Origin: Myxococcota bacterium
GTDB lineage: Bacteria; Myxococcota; JACRCW01
Assembly (NCBI GenBank): GCA_040752415.1
Contig: JBFMGU010000020.1
Coordinates: forward strand, 1 to 64,000
Reading direction: 5' to 3'
Length of the DNA: 64,000 nucleotides
The notes under the pieces are model-generated. The model did not search any database and was not told where the DNA came from. It saw only the letters and a list, made by a program, of their open reading frames with translations. Positions 59,104 through 64,000 of this stretch are shown piece by piece; within the stretch, counting starts at the first letter, position 1; each line of letters begins with the position of its first letter. The position numbers and the translations under genes are program-made.

Positions 59104-59925
59104 TCACGAGGCTCCTGCGGCGCTGCTGTCACCACGACGACGCAGGACGTCGAACAACACCACGCCGGCAGCCACGCCAACATTCAATGAGTCCGCCCGT
59201 CCCGCCATGGGAATGCGCGCGGTGTGCGTGCAGAGGCGCTGTTCCGCGTCGGTGAGGCCGCGTCGCTCCTCGCCAAGGACCAGCACCAGCGGCGCATCCA
59301 CCGGTGCATCCGAGTAGAGCACCTCCCCCGCGGGCGCCGTCCCCACGACGACACAACCGTGTTCCCGCGCCCAACGCGCGAGCCTGGCGGGGGACGTCCG
59401 CACCAGTTGCAGGTTGAAGATGCCGCCCATGGAGGCGCGGACCACGTCGGGATCGAAGGGGTCCACCGGGTGCGCGAGCATGATGGTGCCCGCCGCGCCG
59501 GCAGCCTCCGCGGTCCGGAGCACGGTCCCCAGGTTGCCCGGCGACCGCAACGCCCCGACGGCAATCCAGCACAATCCACGACGTGGGTCCGCGTTCTCCA
59601 GGGCGGTCCAATGCTGGTGGACAATGGCTCCCAGGCCGGACGCGCGCGCGGTGCCACTGACGCTGCGGAACTCCTCGGGCGTCACCCGGACCACGCGTGT
59701 GCCCGCGCGCTTGGCCAGGCGGACCCGTTTCTGCGCGTAGGGGTTCTGGAGCAGGACTTCAGACAGCACCAGCGTGTCGACGTGGAGACCGGCATCCAGA
59801 GCGGACAGCACGGCGCGAATGCCTTCGATGTAGTGGAGCCCGGTCTGGTCACGCGTGGTGCGTTCGCGAAGTTGAAGGATGCGTTCCAGCAGCGCCTGCT
59901 GCGTGCGGTGATTCGCAGTGTTCAT
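59104..59925 (-). CDS. TrmH/SpoU family RNA methyltransferase
   Basis: PGNLGTVLRTA, RASMG, LGEERRGL, IPMAGRADSLNVGVA. Confidence 0.93.
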   Translation of the reverse strand: MNTANHRTQQALLERILQLRERTTRDQTGLHYIEGIRAVLSALDAGLHVDTLVLSEVLLQNPYAQKRVRLAKRAGTRVVRVTPEEFRSVSGTARASGLGAIVHQHWTALENADPRRGLCWIAVGALRSPGNLGTVLRTAEAAGAAGTIMLAHPVDPFDPDVVRASMGGIFNLQLVRTSPARLARWAREHGCVVVGTAPAGEVLYSDAPVDAPLVLVLGEERRGLTDAEQRLCTHTARIPMAGRADSLNVGVAAGVVLFDVLRRRGDSSAAGAS

Positions 59926-60053
59926 CCTTGGGCCGGCCGTGCCGGCGTGGCGTCCTCATCCCGTCGGGAAGGGCCGCGTGAAGGGTTGATGCCGACGTTG
60001 AGAGACAACGCGGCGCGAGGATGGTGGCGGCCGCGAACCGGGACGTCAAGCGC

Positions 60054-63000
60054 TCAGGGCGTGCGCGGGCTCTCCGGCGGACCATCTCCCGTCGGGACAA
60101 ACGCGGTGTCCTTGGCCAGGAGCACGCGGTCCACGTACGCCCCGTCCTCCTTCATCCAGACGTTGATCACGTTCACTCCCGACGCGGGAATGGTCACGTT
60201 CACCTTCTTCCACGTCCAGGAGCTGCTGCGGAATGTGGTGGTCTGGGTGAGCTTGCCGTTGATCCCCACACCCACCGAGTCGTCCGTCTTGGTCGGCCCC
60301 AGCACGCGCAACCACATGACGTACGACCCGGTAAGGGTGAACGTGGCGCGGAAGTCCAGCTGCGGGCTCGTGGTGGCAATGCTGGAGCGGAAGACTGTCC
60401 CCGAGTTGGGCCCCGCGAACATCGAGCCGCCGCCCACATACCCCGTCTGGTTCGTCGCCAACGTCCACGCGTGCGCGTTGCGGTCGGTCTTGAGCGCGAA
60501 GTCCTCCGCCTCCATCACCAGGAGCCCGTTCTGCTCGATGAAGACGCCACTGTCGACGGGCGGGTTCACCACGTCGACGCCCACGCCCTCGGACACCGTG
60601 GTTGCGCCGAAGTTGTCGGTTGCCGTCGCCGTGAGGGAATGGTGCCCCACGGTGGGCGTCCAGGAGCATTGATAGGGCGTCGTGGTGTCGGTGCAGCCGG
60701 GCACGGGAGTCCCGTTGTCCGCAAACACCACCTGCGCCACCTGGCCATCGACGTCGCCGGCGGTCGCGGAGATGGTGACAGGTATCCCCGCGGTCAGCGA
60801 CGCGCCTTCGGTCGGCGAGGTGATCGTCACGCTCGGCGGAGTGTTCGGTGCTCCACTCGAAGAGCTGCTGCTGGACGAACTGCTCGATGAACTGCTGGAC
60901 GAGCTCGAGGAGCTGCTGCTGGATGAACTGCTCGACGAGCTGGATGAACTGCTCGACGAGCTGGACGAACTGCTCGACGAGCTGGAGCTGCTGGGTCCGC
61001 CGGGCGTGTCCTCCTCCAGGTTGATGACGAGGTCTCCTCCCCGTGAGAGCTGCAGTTCGACGAAGCCACCGCTGTTGGTGACCGGCAACCCGTTGCCATC
61101 CAGGGTCGCGCTCGAGGCCGTCCACCCGGACGGGGCACGGATGCGCAAGGTGGAGCTGGATGAGATGGCGGCGACCTCACCCTTGAGCTGCGCAGGATTG
61201 CTGACGTCCATGGCCAGCGTGATGCGTCGGGAGGCGGTGAAGACTTCCTGGTTGGCATGTGTCCCGGTGGTGGCCTGCCGGAAGGCCCAGGCGCGGAGCG
61301 CGCCGTTGACCCGCGTCCACGCAAAGTCGCCATCCGTTTCCACCGCGCCCAGCCCCACGCTGGTGGTTCCCTGCTGCACGAGGAAGGTGTCCAGGTTGCC
61401 GTCCTTGAGCACGGTGCCACCCACGCGCACCGCGTCGCTCAGCTCGGTGACGACGGGAACCGGACCGCTTGCGGCCAGCGGCACCAGCACCTGCATGAAG
61501 TTGGCATTGCGCGCGTGGGTCCTGGCCGACACGTAGGGGAAGGCCGCAAAGTCGTTGCGGATGTACGTCAGCTCCCCGCTCTGGTCGGAGAGCTGCGCGC
61601 CGTTGGAGAAGATCCACGCGGCCATCCGCGCCGCCGAGCCGTAGCGGTCACTGCTGTAGCTCCACGTGCGCTGGTTGCCATTCCCACTCATGCTGCCCCG
61701 TCCCCCGTGGAGGTAGAGCTCATGATCACGCAACGTTCCATCCTTGCTGGTGAGCTGGTCCACGACGACAAAATAGTCCTGGCCGGGAAACGCCACCGCG
61801 CGGCGGAGGTATCCCAGGCTCTGCGAATCCGGGGGAAACAGCAGTGGGTTTTCGCTCAGCGTGGGGTCGTTGTCCTGGTCGATGTAGCGCGCCTGTTTCT
61901 CCTGGAAGTCGAAGAAGTCCGTGTCCAGCGCGTGGCGCGATACCGGCGTGACATTCTCCGCCACGTCGACCGGCCAGCTGCCATCCAACGTCACCGTGTT
62001 CTGCGCGGGCGCGGTGCGGTACCAGCTGCGTCGGATGGCGTCGCTGTAGCTGTCGCGCGTGTGACCGGCCGCGCTGGCCATCATCTGGTCCTGGGCGTGG
62101 ATGTAGAACGAGAGCGTGTCGTGGTGGTTGTGGTTGTCCGCCTCCGCCACGCCGTGGAACACCAGGAAACGGCTGCTCGGGTCATTGAAGGCCCAGTTGT
62201 TGCGGAACATGGACTGGCCGCCAGCGTCGAGGAACACGGTGCCGGAGGCGGTGGGCGCAACCGGCGCCACGGACGGGTCGTAGGTGAGGAACTTGTCCAG
62301 GTCCATGGTGTCGTCGCGGCTGGCGCCGGTGTTGTTGCCGAACTCACCGCCCCAGGGCTCGGTGTCGGTGTTGCGGTAGCGCCACTGGAAGAGGTTGCCC
62401 CAGCGCGCCGTGGGATGAAGCGGCGTGCTGTCCGCCGGGGTCATGTACCGACCGGCCACCATGCCCAGGAAGTTGTGACGGAGGAAACTGTCCTCGAACG
62501 TGGGCATCCACCCGTTGTTGTTGGAGACGTAGAACTCCCAGATGAATCCCGGCCGCCACGTCGGAAACAGGTCCACGCCGGACACGTTCTTGTAGTGGAA
62601 GAGGAACGGCAGGAAGTTGAGGTGGTTGTAGATGAAGTACTGCGCACCCTCCCGGTAGATGCCGTCCTCACTGAAGAAGTACTTCGTGTTCTGGTTGAGG
62701 CCCGTCAGCGCCGAGGCGAGCCAGCTGGCCGCGTCGGGATGGCTGGAGAGCGTCAGTGCCAGCGTGCCCAGCGCCGCGGCGGGCTTGGAGAGATGGTTGT
62801 GCGGACGCGGCGCCCAGAAGAAGAGGTTGGTGTTCAACGTCGCGGCTTCGCGGACCAGGCGGCCGCGGATGTCCACGTCGTCGGCGTTGCTCAGCTGGGG
62901 CTGCACCCAGTCATAGGCGGCGGCGAAGTTCTGCGCCCACATGGCGCGCAGCGTCTCATCCGCGGGGCTGCCACTCGCCTTGGGGTCACACTCATAGATG

Positions 63001-63467
63001 GGACCGTCATAGGCACGCTTGAGCGCGGCAATGGCGCGGTCACGGTTGCTGGCGTTTCCCGTCGTCACGAACATGAACGCGTTGTATTTGGCAATCCGCG
63101 CCATGGTCCCGTAGTACGAGTGGACCGTGTCGTCGCAATTCCGGGGAGCGGTAGGAAAGGTTGCGGTCAGATAGCGGTTGGTGGAGATGCCCGTCCACAA
63201 CGTGGCGGCATAGTTGTCGGCGTTGCGTCGCGCGTAGATCGCCGCGGCTTCCGCGCTGCTGAACCACAGGCTCGGGTGGCGCTCCTGGGCGGGGAGCACC
63301 GGCTCCTCGGAGAACGTGAAGCCGCTGTAGGAATCATAGTTGACGGTCTGTTTGCGATTGGAGCGCGCCCCCATCTCGGGAGTCCACTGGGCCGTCGGCT
63401 CCAGGGCCGGACACGCGCTGGTCACCATCACGACGAATACGAACCCGACACCGAATCGTCCGCGCAT
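60054..63467 (-). CDS. Heparinase II/III-like polysaccharide lyase (lipoprotein) with poly-Ser linker, Ig-like and CBM-like domains
   Basis: Lipobox TSAC, HPSLWF, HNH, YREG..Y, HNHHDTLSF, AQNTV. NTPPSVTITSP Ig domain. MEAED module. Confidence 0.8.
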   Translation of the reverse strand: MRGRFGVGFVFVVMVTSACPALEPTAQWTPEMGARSNRKQTVNYDSYSGFTFSEEPVLPAQERHPSLWFSSAEAAAIYARRNADNYAATLWTGISTNRYLTATFPTAPRNCDDTVHSYYGTMARIAKYNAFMFVTTGNASNRDRAIAALKRAYDGPIYECDPKASGSPADETLRAMWAQNFAAAYDWVQPQLSNADDVDIRGRLVREAATLNTNLFFWAPRPHNHLSKPAAALGTLALTLSSHPDAASWLASALTGLNQNTKYFFSEDGIYREGAQYFIYNHLNFLPFLFHYKNVSGVDLFPTWRPGFIWEFYVSNNNGWMPTFEDSFLRHNFLGMVAGRYMTPADSTPLHPTARWGNLFQWRYRNTDTEPWGGEFGNNTGASRDDTMDLDKFLTYDPSVAPVAPTASGTVFLDAGGQSMFRNNWAFNDPSSRFLVFHGVAEADNHNHHDTLSFYIHAQDQMMASAAGHTRDSYSDAIRRSWYRTAPAQNTVTLDGSWPVDVAENVTPVSRHALDTDFFDFQEKQARYIDQDNDPTLSENPLLFPPDSQSLGYLRRAVAFPGQDYFVVVDQLTSKDGTLRDHELYLHGGRGSMSGNGNQRTWSYSSDRYGSAARMAAWIFSNGAQLSDQSGELTYIRNDFAAFPYVSARTHARNANFMQVLVPLAASGPVPVVTELSDAVRVGGTVLKDGNLDTFLVQQGTTSVGLGAVETDGDFAWTRVNGALRAWAFRQATTGTHANQEVFTASRRITLAMDVSNPAQLKGEVAAISSSSTLRIRAPSGWTASSATLDGNGLPVTNSGGFVELQLSRGGDLVINLEEDTPGGPSSSSSSSSSSSSSSSSSSSSSSSSSSSSSSSSSSSSSSSSSSSSSSGAPNTPPSVTITSPTEGASLTAGIPVTISATAGDVDGQVAQVVFADNGTPVPGCTDTTTPYQCSWTPTVGHHSLTATATDNFGATTVSEGVGVDVVNPPVDSGVFIEQNGLLVMEAEDFALKTDRNAHAWTLATNQTGYVGGGSMFAGPNSGTVFRSSIATTSPQLDFRATFTLTGSYVMWLRVLGPTKTDDSVGVGINGKLTQTTTFRSSSWTWKKVNVTIPASGVNVINVWMKEDGAYVDRVLLAKDTAFVPTGDGPPESPRTP
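60855..60992 (-). repeat. 46-codon poly-Ser tract including three tandem 21-nt units (60919-60981)
   Basis: CTGGA(T/C)GAACTGCTCGACGAG x3 on the + strand. Confidence 0.9.
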
Positions 63468-63792
63468 GCGTGGGCTCCTTCCCATCCACGTGCTCGTGCC
63501 CGCGAGAAAGTGCTTCCGGGAGGGCTGGAACGTGGTGCGCCGTTTCGCCAGCCGATGCGCGGGGCTCCCCGACGCCACGGCTGCGGTTGCGTTGGCCTTC
63601 CGTGAACCGGGGAACGCCCCTTCGGACGAGAAGTGCGCCCGCGTGTGACGAACGCGAAACGTCCCCCGAATAAGTGGCACCAGAAGCCCAAGTGCTCTAT
63701 GCGCTGAGCACCCGCGCGCGATCAGGTGATGATCGTCGACAAAGAGGTCGCCGGGCTGTGCGGTTGCAGGGACGGGGTTGGAACCCGGACGT

Positions 63793-64000
63793 TCACCACC
63801 ACTCCCAGCGCCACCGCAGACGCGTACCGCACCCGGAGTGCCCCCAGGAAAGCTGCAGGTCCACCACGCGCACGGCCCGGCCGGCCACGTCCCGCTCCGT
63901 GCCCACCGCGAGACTTCCGTTGAACCCGGAGCGCGTCTGCGGCGGCGTGGCGACGAGCGTGACGTCGTGGTCGCCGGGTGTCACGGCAGGCTCATAGACC
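63793..64000 (-). CDS. Possible 3' end of a gene entering from beyond the window
   Basis: Open frame VYEPAVTPGDHDVTLV..WW* reaches the window edge. No motif recognised. Confidence 0.35.
   Translation of the reverse strand, partial: VYEPAVTPGDHDVTLVATPPQTRSGFNGSLAVGTERDVAGRAVRVVDLQLSWGHSGCGTRLRWRWEWW

Noticed and set aside
60682..61536. Plus-strand ORF with LDELLDEL leucine/acidic repeats
   Set aside because: It is the reverse-complement reading of the poly-Ser linker.

Overview
Very GC-rich bacterial chromosomal segment, almost certainly Myxococcota. Evidence: four secreted proteins end in a MYXO-CTERM-type sorting signal (CxC, hydrophobic stretch, Arg cluster) after Asp-Ala/Gly-rich linkers, and there is a TIGR04563-type small protein. 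About 55 genes are supportable. Housekeeping and stress genes include clpP, clpS, an HPF/RaiA protein, an RsmB-family methyltransferase, a pseudouridine synthase, TrmH, a MazG-like enzyme, a TRAP transporter and a CoA-disulfide reductase-rhodanese. Large surface enzymes include a beta-helix protein, an amidase, a metallophosphoesterase and a heparinase II/III-like protein. No rRNA, tRNA, CRISPR array or transposase was recognised. Three candidates stand out. (1) A tightly coupled 7-gene minus-strand operon (10827-17876): small PD-(D/E)XK-like protein, His-tailed coiled-coil protein, glycosyltransferase, three radical SAM enzymes and a membrane-anchored duplicated-domain protein, divergent from a DUF4139/DUF4140 pair. 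(2) An APH-type kinase fused to cytidylate kinase, coupled to an RNA-ligase-family gene. (3) A MetRS homolog with an insertion and substitutions at methionine-pocket and anticodon-recognition positions. Also present are several REP/REPIN/MITE-like inverted repeats, two sigma54-type promoters, a TetR operator and a probable cytochrome c peroxidase remnant. All family calls come from motif recognition by eye, not database searches.
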